Source: a virus (Duplodnaviria; Caudoviricetes). Taken from it: a stretch of 27,127 nt of DNA. The translations under genes were made by a program, and so were the position numbers. This document shows, piece after piece, positions 1-7,596 of this stretch. Each line of letters starts with the position of its first letter. The stretch's first letter is position 1. Below the pieces are notes generated by a model, which saw only the letters and a list, made by a program, of their open reading frames with translations, did no database searches and had not been told where the DNA came from. The stretch lies in the IMG/VR virus record IMGVR_UViG_3300027863_000148, positions 1-27,127 of that record. One strand, 5' to 3'.

Positions 1-1
1 A

Positions 2-61
2 TATAAGCCACCGCCAGAGGGAAAGGATCGAGTGATCCGAGTTCGTAGGAGAGGCGAATGA
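2..61 (+). CDS. 3' end of an upstream gene (partial; YKPPPEGKDRVIRVRRRGE*)
   Basis: Open frame from the window edge ends in TGA 59-61, overlapping the primase ATG (ATGA coupling). Confidence 0.45.
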   Translation, partial: YKPPPEGKDRVIRVRRRGE

Positions 62-2046
62 GGGAAGCAGCAATCAGAAGGTTCCTGGAGGCATTGGGGG
101 TCGAGCGCGGCCGTATCTATTCCGAGCGTGGCTGGGTAAACGCACCGTGTCCGCTGGCACCATATACGCACGCTGGAGGACACGACTCCCGGCCGAGTTT
201 TGGAGTTCACGTCAACGACGATGGTGCGTCTGCTTATTGGTGTCTTGCAGGAGAGACACGGGTAATAACCGACCGTGGGACATTCCCGATCTCTGAACTT
301 GTTGGTGGTAGACACCGAATTCTCACCACTGGTGGAGTGTGGGTAGAGGTGTCATTCCAGTCATACGGTGTGCAGCGTTTGTATGAGGTGGAGTTGACCA
401 GAAACGGCACTCGCAAGCGCTTGTACGCTACCAGAGAGCATAGATGGTTTACGTCCCGTTGGGGAAGGAGAGATCAGGAATGGACAACGGAGACGCTGCC
501 TATAGGTAGGTATCTCACGTCATGTGTTCCACAGAGAGTTGAACTTGGGAATATTGACCAAGATGCTATCCGGCGTGGTTACATCTTTGGGGATGGATGT
601 ATATCTGGTAGGATTGGACAGCGTGTGTCCCAGGCAGATCTTTACGGACCAGACAATGAGTTTATGGTTCCGTTCTATGAAGAATGCGACGTGGCTTATT
701 ATGAATGTCCTATGCCTGATGGTAAGGGACCGTTGAGAAAGACGTATCGTGGCTTTGAGCAGGGTTGGAAGCAGGATATGCCAGCTTTTCATAGGCCACC
801 CGAGTATCTTGCAGGATGGCTGGCCGGACTGATTGCTGCTGATGGATGCGTAGACGATGACGGGTTGGTAATTCTGAACTCATCACGCCCGGAGGTTCTT
901 CAGTATGTTCGTGACCTCTCTTGTTTACTCGGGATAGTTACCTTTGGAATCTCTGAGCAGATGAGAGTTGGGATAAACCAAAATGAGGAAAGTGCAATAT
1001 ACCGGATAAACTTTGCACGTGAGACGTTCCCGGATATGTTGCTCCTAAAACCTTCTCACATCGAGAAGTTCAGGAATGCTGGTGATGCCACATATACGAG
1101 GTTGAAGTGGAAAGTTGCGTCAGTATCCAAGACAGATAGGGTGGAGGATGTGTTCTGCTGTGAGGTTCCCGAAACCCACGCCTTTACCCTTGAGGATTTC
1201 ATTCTAACTGGTAATTGTTTTGGATGCAGTCCGAAGGGACGAGGGCTTGGTAGGCTACTCCACAACATGTTTGTTGCCGATGGCAGGTACCCACATGCAG
1301 CCGCCAGGATTTATGCCCAGGAGGAGCTGTTCCACGTCACCGACGATGATGAGAACGTCGAGGCGCCTGATCGCTGGGTCAAGAAGCCGCCACGTCAGGT
1401 GGAGCCGCTGCCGAGGGAGGTGCTTGCCAAGTACCCGCTGTTGCAGAACGGCACCGACTTTGAGGCAAGGCGCCTGAAGCAGTGGCTTGAGAACGATCGT
1501 GGGGTCCCAGAGTGGGTCCAGAATCTCTGCCGTCTGCGCTACAACTACGAGAACCAGAGCGTGGTCTTCCCGATGACTGATATCCGTGGAAACGTCTTCG
1601 TGCTCCGTGAGAGGTGCCGGAAAGAGAAGAAAATGTGGACGATCAGCCCTAAGCTGGCCGGGATGCCGGATGCCGAGTTCCCGAAATTGAAAGAGGTCGG
1701 TGTGTGGTTCGGGATGCAGTTGGTGGACTGGTCGAGCCCGGTGATGCTGGTGGAGGGAGAGATCGACGCCATGCGCCTGATGGCACTTGGGTTCCTGAAC
1801 GTGATAGCCAGTTGTACGAGTTCAGTGACTGATGCTCAGCTCGACGCGCTGACTGGCGACACGTTCATCCTCGGCCAGGATGCAGACAAGGGTGGTGATT
1901 TCGCACGGTCTCGGTGCATAGACCGCCTGAAAGACCGGGCCACGCTGTTCAGCGTTAGTTGGGTTGCAAGCGATTGCAAGGACCCAGGCGAGTTACAGAA
2001 CAAAGACCAGCTTACAGAGGTCCTTGACCAGATGGAGGCGGTGTGA
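58..2046 (+). CDS. Phage DNA primase (N-terminal Zn-binding domain + TOPRIM), intein-containing; about 337 aa after splicing
   Basis: CP..H and, after splicing, YWCFGC Zn motif; TOPRIM motifs LVEGEIDAM and GQDADKGG; C-terminal KDPGE. Confidence 0.88.
   Translation: MREAAIRRFLEALGVERGRIYSERGWVNAPCPLAPYTHAGGHDSRPSFGVHVNDDGASAYWCLAGETRVITDRGTFPISELVGGRHRILTTGGVWVEVSFQSYGVQRLYEVELTRNGTRKRLYATREHRWFTSRWGRRDQEWTTETLPIGRYLTSCVPQRVELGNIDQDAIRRGYIFGDGCISGRIGQRVSQADLYGPDNEFMVPFYEECDVAYYECPMPDGKGPLRKTYRGFEQGWKQDMPAFHRPPEYLAGWLAGLIAADGCVDDDGLVILNSSRPEVLQYVRDLSCLLGIVTFGISEQMRVGINQNEESAIYRINFARETFPDMLLLKPSHIEKFRNAGDATYTRLKWKVASVSKTDRVEDVFCCEVPETHAFTLEDFILTGNCFGCSPKGRGLGRLLHNMFVADGRYPHAAARIYAQEELFHVTDDDENVEAPDRWVKKPPRQVEPLPREVLAKYPLLQNGTDFEARRLKQWLENDRGVPEWVQNLCRLRYNYENQSVVFPMTDIRGNVFVLRERCRKEKKMWTISPKLAGMPDAEFPKLKEVGVWFGMQLVDWSSPVMLVEGEIDAMRLMALGFLNVIASCTSSVTDAQLDALTGDTFILGQDADKGGDFARSRCIDRLKDRATLFSVSWVASDCKDPGELQNKDQLTEVLDQMEAV
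241..1215 (+). mobile_element. Intein (325 aa) with LAGLIDADG endonuclease, in the primase Zn finger
   Basis: Starts CLAGET; block B ATREHRWF; GYIFGDG and LAGLIAADG; ends VEDVFC...FILTGN followed by Cys+1. Visibly lower GC than the extein. Confidence 0.92.
1965..1978 (-). repeat. 14-bp dispersed motif, copy 1 (TGCAAGCGATTGCA on +, reverse orientation)
   Basis: Exact reverse complement of TGCAATCGCTTGCA near the primase 3' end. Confidence 0.9.
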
Positions 2047-2342
2047 GTGCCCAAATCGATTGGGATGGGCTGCTAAAACAGTTTCCGGAGTTTCATACGC
2101 TCAAGGATTTGCTCACGCATCTACTGGCGCTGCGCGGGGATAGTGATTCTGTGGCGTCTTTACTCGGGGTTCCACGAACGACGCTGTATCTGAAAATGAA
2201 AGAAGAAGGAGTTCCGTTCGCGGCGAGGGGCACGAGAATATGCCCTGAGTGTAAGAAGAGGTATGCGGCCCGTCAGCCGAAGGTGCAGGAACCAGACGGC
2301 ATTAGGGTGATAAGAATACGGAAGAAGGAGGAGGCGAAGTGA
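2043..2342 (+). CDS. Small Fis-type HTH protein with a CPEC motif
   Basis: VASLLGVPRTTLYLKMKEEG is a Fis/HTH_8-like helix-turn-helix; GTGA overlap with the primase stop. Confidence 0.65.
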   Translation: MSAQIDWDGLLKQFPEFHTLKDLLTHLLALRGDSDSVASLLGVPRTTLYLKMKEEGVPFAARGTRICPECKKRYAARQPKVQEPDGIRVIRIRKKEEAK

Positions 2343-2452
2343 AACATGCGAGAAGCGATTACCAGAGGATTCAGGACCTGACGCACGTCATTGAGGTGAT
2401 CGATGGCATGCTCTCAGATCCGCAGTACACCGATGACCCGGAGCTACGATGA
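2339..2452 (+). CDS. 37-aa hypothetical protein (MKHARSDYQRIQDLTHVIEVIDGMLSDPQYTDDPELR), below the ORF-track cutoff
   Basis: GGAGGAGG SD; GTGA overlap with the upstream stop and ATGA overlap with the downstream start. Confidence 0.55.
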   Translation: MKHARSDYQRIQDLTHVIEVIDGMLSDPQYTDDPELR

Positions 2453-2778
2453 TGGACTACCCGAGAGCGGAGTACCCGATCAACATCAGGTTCTTGGCAC
2501 AGGGCATGCTGAAGGTGCCCAAGATCGACGTGCCAGAGGGCTTGAAGGAGTGGCCTCCCGAGAAAGTATGGGAGTGGGCTCAAGAGTATCTTGGCAAGGT
2601 GACCAGGGATGGATTGATCGCAGCGCTGGCCTACCTGGATGTGGAGGAGGACTCGGTTGCTGACGCTGTGGAGGCCAACGACGAGGAAGACTACCCGATC
2701 CTGGTGCAGTCGAAGGCATGGGACGCGTTCTGGAGGCCAGACGCAAGAGAGATGCAATCGATTGCAAAACCAACTTGA
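2449..2778 (+). CDS. Acidic hypothetical protein (109 aa)
   Basis: Fills the gap between coupled genes; phage-like codon usage. Confidence 0.65.
   Translation: MMDYPRAEYPINIRFLAQGMLKVPKIDVPEGLKEWPPEKVWEWAQEYLGKVTRDGLIAALAYLDVEEDSVADAVEANDEEDYPILVQSKAWDAFWRPDAREMQSIAKPT
2753..2766. repeat. 14-bp motif, copy 2 (perfect palindrome TGCAATCGATTGCA)
   Basis: Ends 8 bp upstream of the -35 box at 2775. Confidence 0.9.
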
Positions 2779-2803
2779 CAAAAGGGTTCACCTGGGATAA
2801 GCT
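2775..2803 (+). promoter_or_regulatory. Sigma70-type promoter P1 (TTGACA-17 bp-TAAGCT) upstream of the SSB gene
   Basis: Consensus -35 and 17-bp spacer; the first 25 bp are identical to promoter P2 at 13543. Confidence 0.8.
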
Positions 2804-2836
2804 ACAAGCATGATTACAAATCGGCAAGGAGGATGT

Positions 2837-4423
2837 ATGGCTGAGAAGAAAAGTTCCTGGTATCTGAAAGGACAGGAGGGCGTCAAGAGGTCCAGGCAGG
2901 AGGACGAGGCTGCGAAGACCCGGCGTGAGTCGAAGGGGCCGCGTCGGTTGTGGCTTGCGAACGACACGAGCACGAAGCTCACGTTTAATTAAATGGACGT
3001 GGTTAAACCGGGTGAATTGCTGGGACACCCTAAAGCTCAGGAGGCTACAACGTGGCTGGGAACAGCGAGCGTGAATGCTTGAAAACATCTGAGATTGGGC
3101 AATCAGCAGCCAAGCCCCAAGACCTGGGGAAGGTTCAACGACTATCCCGTAAGGGAGTAGGCTCCAAGCGGAGCCGAAGCGCCCGGTGCACAAAGAGATG
3201 GGCACGAAGGCACGATAGGTGTGTAAGCTGTGGCACAATCGCCAGGCCACACCGATGCAAAGGGAAATGCGGACTTTGTTACGACAGAGATCGCAGACCG
3301 GAGAAGGATTGTAAGAGGCATGCAGATCCAGTTAAGCGTGAGCAGCATAGGTTGCAATCGCTTGCATGGAAGGACAGGAATAGAGTCAAGGTTTTGTGCG
3401 ACGCTCGTTGCTATTACCACGAGAATAGAGACGTGGTTCTCTTGGCAAAGAACGAAGCGAACCACGGTGGGTATTACCTTGAAGTCTTGACCAGAGATAA
3501 TTTTACCTGTCAGCGATGTGGGAAGGAGAATGTGAACCTCGTCCACCACATGCAGCCTGGAAACCACGATCCAGCTTTGCAGATAGCAATGTGTGTCGAG
3601 TGCCATATCTCGATCCATCATCAAAAGGAATTAAGTGATGAAGATCGTAGATTCTTTGTGTAATGATATAGTCTCAGCTTGCGGGAAACCGCAAGAGGCC
3701 GTATGTGAAGCGATACGGTCGCAAGATTACTGCCTGGACACGCCGCAGTTTTTCCTGTATGAGCATCAGCTCAAGATCGGTGGAAACTGGCGTAACTGGT
3801 TCACCTGCCTGAAGGACATCGACACCTGCCCGATCTGTGAGTCCGGAGAGCATCCGAGCTACGTCGTGGTGGCGACCGTCATCAACCACCGAAAGTGGAC
3901 CGACAAGGAAGGCAAGGTCCACCAGAACGAGAAGCAGCTCGCCGTGTTCAAAGGCAAGGCCCGTGAGCGCATCCTGAAGCAGATCGAACGGCGCGATGGC
4001 GATCTGAAGTTCTGCGTGTACGAGTTCAGCCGCGGTTCCAGCGGCACCGAAGCCAGCACGGGCGAGGACTTTGAATTCCTCAACAAGCGCCTGACCAAGA
4101 AGCAGCTCATGTCCCTTGCTCCGGCCGGGGCCGACGAAACCTGGATCGAGCCCTTTGACTACGCCGAAATCCTGGCTCCGAAGACGCCGAAAGAGCTGCG
4201 CGCTATAGTCGGCGGTGAAGAGCCGGTTGGTGGCGACGACGACGACGGCGAAGATGATGGCCTGCCACCGTTTGATCCGGACGATGACGACAACGGCAAG
4301 AAGAAGGACGAGGACAAGGAAGAGAAGTCGCGCACGTCCGGCAAGAAGAAAAACAAGGACGATGACGACAACGGCGGTGGGAAGAAGTCGTCCAAGGATA
4401 TGTCCATCGACGATTTATTATAA
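2837..4423 (+). CDS. gp32-like Zn-binding single-stranded DNA-binding protein, split by a group I intron (exons 2837-2985 and 3733-4423; 279 aa spliced)
   Basis: AGGAGG SD. Splicing gives the in-frame KLTF-LDTPQFFLYEH. H...C...CPIC Zn motif; long acidic tail ending IDDLL. Confidence 0.8.
3052..3663 (+). CDS. Intron-encoded HNH homing endonuclease
   Basis: RDNFTCQRCG...VHH....N......MCVECH..IH HNH motif; N-terminal CVSCG..H...GKCGLCY Zn domain; AGGAGG SD at 3039-3044. Confidence 0.8.
   Translation: MAGNSERECLKTSEIGQSAAKPQDLGKVQRLSRKGVGSKRSRSARCTKRWARRHDRCVSCGTIARPHRCKGKCGLCYDRDRRPEKDCKRHADPVKREQHRLQSLAWKDRNRVKVLCDARCYYHENRDVVLLAKNEANHGGYYLEVLTRDNFTCQRCGKENVNLVHHMQPGNHDPALQIAMCVECHISIHHQKELSDEDRRFFV
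3353..3366 (+). repeat. 14-bp motif, copy 3 (inside the intron HNH ORF)
   Basis: Exact TGCAATCGCTTGCA; encodes LQSLA. Confidence 0.9.
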
Positions 4424-4449
4424 GAAGGAAAGCCAGTCGAGGAGTCAGC

Positions 4450-6849
4450 GTGGCCTACAAGGAAGCAGTAATCGGAGTGTACGCGTATCTGCGCGAGTCT
4501 GAGCTTGGCGAAAGACGCGTACGCTCCCTTATTGAAGAGTTGACCCTGATCCCGAGGGGAGTGGATGGACCAGGAGAGCCGGTCTATCTGTTCGACCGCA
4601 GAGATGGGTGGATTGGAGTTCCGTGGAATCACATGGAGCTGCCACTACCCCAACTGGCGACGAACGTGAAAGACCTACGCAGCGATGGGAAGCCAGTTGA
4701 GTTCGGATTCACGTCCAAGCTCCGAGAGGGCCAGGTGCCGGTGATCAACCAGTTCGAGGTCTGGTTGCAGGCCGGGGCTACGTCGTTCCTGCTCGAGGCA
4801 CGGCCTGGGTTCGGAAAGTGTCATGGAAGGGGAACCGAACTGCTGATGTTCGATGGGACAGTAAAAAAGGTCGAGGATATTCAGGTGGGCGACCAGCTTA
4901 TGGGGCCAGACTCTCAGCCACGTACTGTGCAATCGCTTGCACATGGGTTTGATGAGATGTTTCGTGTCACCCCCAAAAATGGTGACCCGTTCACCTGTAA
5001 CCGTGAGCACGTGATGTCACTCAAGGCGTCATCTGGATTGGCACTTTACCCGCAGGGTGGGGTAATAGAGGTTCCACTTCACGAGTTCTTACGCAAAGGT
5101 AAAACATACCGAGCTAAGATGAAGTTGTGGAGGCCAGCGGGTGTGTTTTACGCTGAGAGGGCTATTCCATTTCACCCTTATTTAATTGGGATGTATATTG
5201 GTGATGGCTCCAGGCATAACTCCTGTGTTACTCTTGGGGATTCAGATTCAGAGATGGTCGAGTTCTTATACCGATGGGCACATGAGCATCTTGTGGAAGT
5301 CAGAACAGAGCGAGGTAGTGGATGTACTGAATATCATCTTACCCAATCATGGAAGCCTGGCTACAGCATCGTTAGGAGTGAGCTTCTCCCGTTGGTGGTT
5401 GTTGGAACGGAGAAGAGAATTCCCCCTGCTTACCTTGCAAACAGTTTTCATGTCAGGATGGAGGTACTGGCTGGTTTGCTGGATTCTGACGGCTCTCTGG
5501 TGAAAGAGACGGTGTACGATTTCGTTACCAAGTGGCGCGGACTTGCTGATGACGTTGCTCGCCTTGCCAGGTCTCTTGGGTTTGCATGCCGTGTCTCACC
5601 CTGCACTAAAGCATGCAACGGTAAGTCCGGACAGTATTTTCGTTTAACCATTTCGGGGGATACCCAGAGGCTTGCACCGTATATCAAACTGCCACGTAAA
5701 AAAGCTCGGCAACGTCGGCAGATAAAGGACTGGCTTATGACTGGTTTTGCTGTTGACTCGTTAGGTTCTGGAGAGTATTTTGGGTTTACCCTTGATGGTG
5801 ACGGGTTATACTTGCTCAAGGACTTTACGGTTACCCACAACACGGTGACAGTCCTGAAGATGCTGCAGTGGATTGGGAGGACAGCACTGATACTGGTGCC
5901 ACGCTCGAATCTGGTGAAGCAGTGGATAGAGCGCGCCTTGCAGCACACGAACCTGAAGAGAAACGAGATCGGCTACGTCGTTGGCAATAAGTGGAATTGG
6001 AGGAACAAGAAGCTGGTGGTTGGCCTGGTGCATAGCCTGGCGCTCGACCGGATTGGGAAAGAGTTCCGCAAGAGCTTCGGTGTACTGGTGGCAGACGAGG
6101 TGGACCATAGCGTCCCTCCGGCCACCTTTGCGCCGGTGATCAACCTCTTCCCGACCAAGTACCGCATCGGTGCTTCGGCCGAGATGAAGAGATTTGACGG
6201 GATGCACGCCGTGTTCGAGAAGCACTTCGGTCAGGTGCGGTTGGTCGGGGTGGCTGGCGAGGACGAAGTGATGATCCCGAAGGTGGTCTCGGTTGAGTTC
6301 AGGAGGAATGAAGAGCGCCTGTACGCCGGGCTTGGGACCATGCAGCGGAGGGGAGTAATCCTCTCCAGGCTCGCGAAAGACCCGGTCAGGAATCGGGCCT
6401 TAGCGAAGTACGTTGGCATGCTCTACCGTTCAGGCAGACGGACGGTGGTGCTCTCAGACAGAGTCGCGCATCTGCAGGAGCTGGCGGCTCTCGTGGCGAG
6501 GACGGAAGGCATCCCGCGGGCAGAGATGGGGTTCTACCACGGTGGCGTGGAGGACCGTGCGAGGCATCGGGTTGCAATCGCTTGCAATGTGATATTCGCG
6601 ACGTATCAGATGTTCGCGCTCGGGACGGACATTCAAGACCTGGCAGGGCTGGTGTATGCCACGCCGCAGTCGTCAGTTGTCCAGTCAAAGGGCCGTATCG
6701 AGCGGGTGCATGGGGATAAGAAATGCCCGGTAGTTGTGGATTTCGTCGATACTGCGTATCCTGACACCGTGCGCTGGGCCAAGAAGAGGTTGGCTCAGTA
6801 CCGTAAGGACGGCATGTCGATTCGGAATCTTGTAGAGGGGGTGTCATAA
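4450..6849 (+). CDS. Superfamily 2 (DEAD/ResIII-like) helicase, intein-containing; about 458 aa after splicing
   Basis: LREGQ Q-motif; Walker A ARPGFGK|T; VADEVD; GASA; QSKGRIER motif VI. Confidence 0.9.
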   Translation: MAYKEAVIGVYAYLRESELGERRVRSLIEELTLIPRGVDGPGEPVYLFDRRDGWIGVPWNHMELPLPQLATNVKDLRSDGKPVEFGFTSKLREGQVPVINQFEVWLQAGATSFLLEARPGFGKCHGRGTELLMFDGTVKKVEDIQVGDQLMGPDSQPRTVQSLAHGFDEMFRVTPKNGDPFTCNREHVMSLKASSGLALYPQGGVIEVPLHEFLRKGKTYRAKMKLWRPAGVFYAERAIPFHPYLIGMYIGDGSRHNSCVTLGDSDSEMVEFLYRWAHEHLVEVRTERGSGCTEYHLTQSWKPGYSIVRSELLPLVVVGTEKRIPPAYLANSFHVRMEVLAGLLDSDGSLVKETVYDFVTKWRGLADDVARLARSLGFACRVSPCTKACNGKSGQYFRLTISGDTQRLAPYIKLPRKKARQRRQIKDWLMTGFAVDSLGSGEYFGFTLDGDGLYLLKDFTVTHNTVTVLKMLQWIGRTALILVPRSNLVKQWIERALQHTNLKRNEIGYVVGNKWNWRNKKLVVGLVHSLALDRIGKEFRKSFGVLVADEVDHSVPPATFAPVINLFPTKYRIGASAEMKRFDGMHAVFEKHFGQVRLVGVAGEDEVMIPKVVSVEFRRNEERLYAGLGTMQRRGVILSRLAKDPVRNRALAKYVGMLYRSGRRTVVLSDRVAHLQELAALVARTEGIPRAEMGFYHGGVEDRARHRVAIACNVIFATYQMFALGTDIQDLAGLVYATPQSSVVQSKGRIERVHGDKKCPVVVDFVDTAYPDTVRWAKKRLAQYRKDGMSIRNLVEGVS
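4819..5841 (+). mobile_element. Intein (341 aa, VMA-like Hint, LAGLIDADG) in helicase Walker A
   Basis: CHGRGTELLMFDG...; IGMYIGDG; LAGLLDSDG; ends YFGFTLDGDGLYLLKDFTVTHN followed by Thr+1. Confidence 0.95.
4928..4941 (+). repeat. 14-bp motif, copy 4 (inside the helicase intein)
   Basis: Exact match; encodes VQSLA. Confidence 0.9.
6573..6586 (+). repeat. 14-bp motif, copy 5 (helicase C-extein)
   Basis: Exact match, extending to the 16-bp TTGCAATCGCTTGCAA; encodes VAIAC. Confidence 0.9.
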
Positions 6850-6850
6850 G

Positions 6851-7309
6851 ATGTCGAAGTTCACTGATTGGTACGATCGGAATAAGGAGGAGCTGAACGC
6901 AAAGAGACGCAAGAAGTATGCCGAAAATGCACAGTTCCGTAAGAAGACGCAGGACAAGGCGAGAGAGTCCTACCGCAAGAATCGGCGGGTGACCAACCCG
7001 GCAGACCGCAGGACGGTGGTAGACGAGTCCGGTGAACGCTACTTCTCCATCGGCAGAGTCGCACGGTTGATCGGGAGACAGCCTGAGTCCGTGCGGAAGC
7101 TGCACCGTATGGGAGTGCTGCCGGACCCCGTGTACTACGACTCTCGAGGTTGGAGGCTGTATAACCGCGCCCAGGCGCTGCTGATTCGACAAGTGTTCAG
7201 ACGCCTTGAGGACAAGGCAGACACCGATGTCAAGTCCCTTGCAGATGTGAGGGAAGTCCTGCACGCTGAGTGGCACACGACAACGGGAGGTGAAGGTGGC
7301 GAAGGCTAA
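6851..7309 (+). CDS. MerR-type HTH DNA-binding protein with a basic N-terminal helix
   Basis: YFSIGRVARLIGRQPESVRKLHRMGVLP...GWRLYN matches the MerR winged-HTH pattern. Confidence 0.75.
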   Translation: MSKFTDWYDRNKEELNAKRRKKYAENAQFRKKTQDKARESYRKNRRVTNPADRRTVVDESGERYFSIGRVARLIGRQPESVRKLHRMGVLPDPVYYDSRGWRLYNRAQALLIRQVFRRLEDKADTDVKSLADVREVLHAEWHTTTGGEGGEG

Positions 7310-7595
7310 AGAAATCCAGGCTGATGAGGCCCTGATCGAAGTAACGTCGACGGTCCTGTCCCAGAAGAGGACCCAGACCAAGAAGATCAAGATCAGGCCG
7401 TTTGCGACGGCCCCGGCTCAAGTTGAGGTACACTTCGGAACGTGGTTCCCGACCGGCGATATGGCCGGTGCCAAGGTGGACGTGACGCTCAGGGTGCCCT
7501 GCTACGTCGAGGAAATTGTCGATGTCTACAACCAGACGAGGGACCTGGTGGACGACCTTCTGGAAGCAGAAGTGGCAAGGCTGACCGGAGAATAG
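7290..7595 (+). CDS. Hypothetical protein (about 100 aa; GTG 7296 is an alternative start)
   Basis: GGAGG SD; abuts the recA start; typical codon usage. Confidence 0.65.
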   Translation: MKVAKAKEIQADEALIEVTSTVLSQKRTQTKKIKIRPFATAPAQVEVHFGTWFPTGDMAGAKVDVTLRVPCYVEEIVDVYNQTRDLVDDLLEAEVARLTGE

Positions 7596-7596
7596 C

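Larger units (their letters stand above)
2986..3732 (+). ncRNA. Group I self-splicing intron (IA2-like, 747 nt) with an HNH ORF
   Basis: P1: CACGUU (2980-2985) pairs with GACGUG (2996-3001), giving a U-G wobble at the 5' splice site. Conserved P AAUUGCUGGGA, Q AAUCAGCAGC, R GUUCAACGACUA, S GAUAUAGUC. P3 3007-3014/3180-3187; P7.1 and P7.2 hairpins; P8 3187-3196/3653-3662; GAAA-capped P9; terminal G3732. Confidence 0.92.

Noticed and set aside
3635-3732. ORF-track N-terminus of the 262-aa ORF (MMKIVDSL...)
   Set aside because: This is intron P8-P9 sequence; the real exon 2 begins at 3733.
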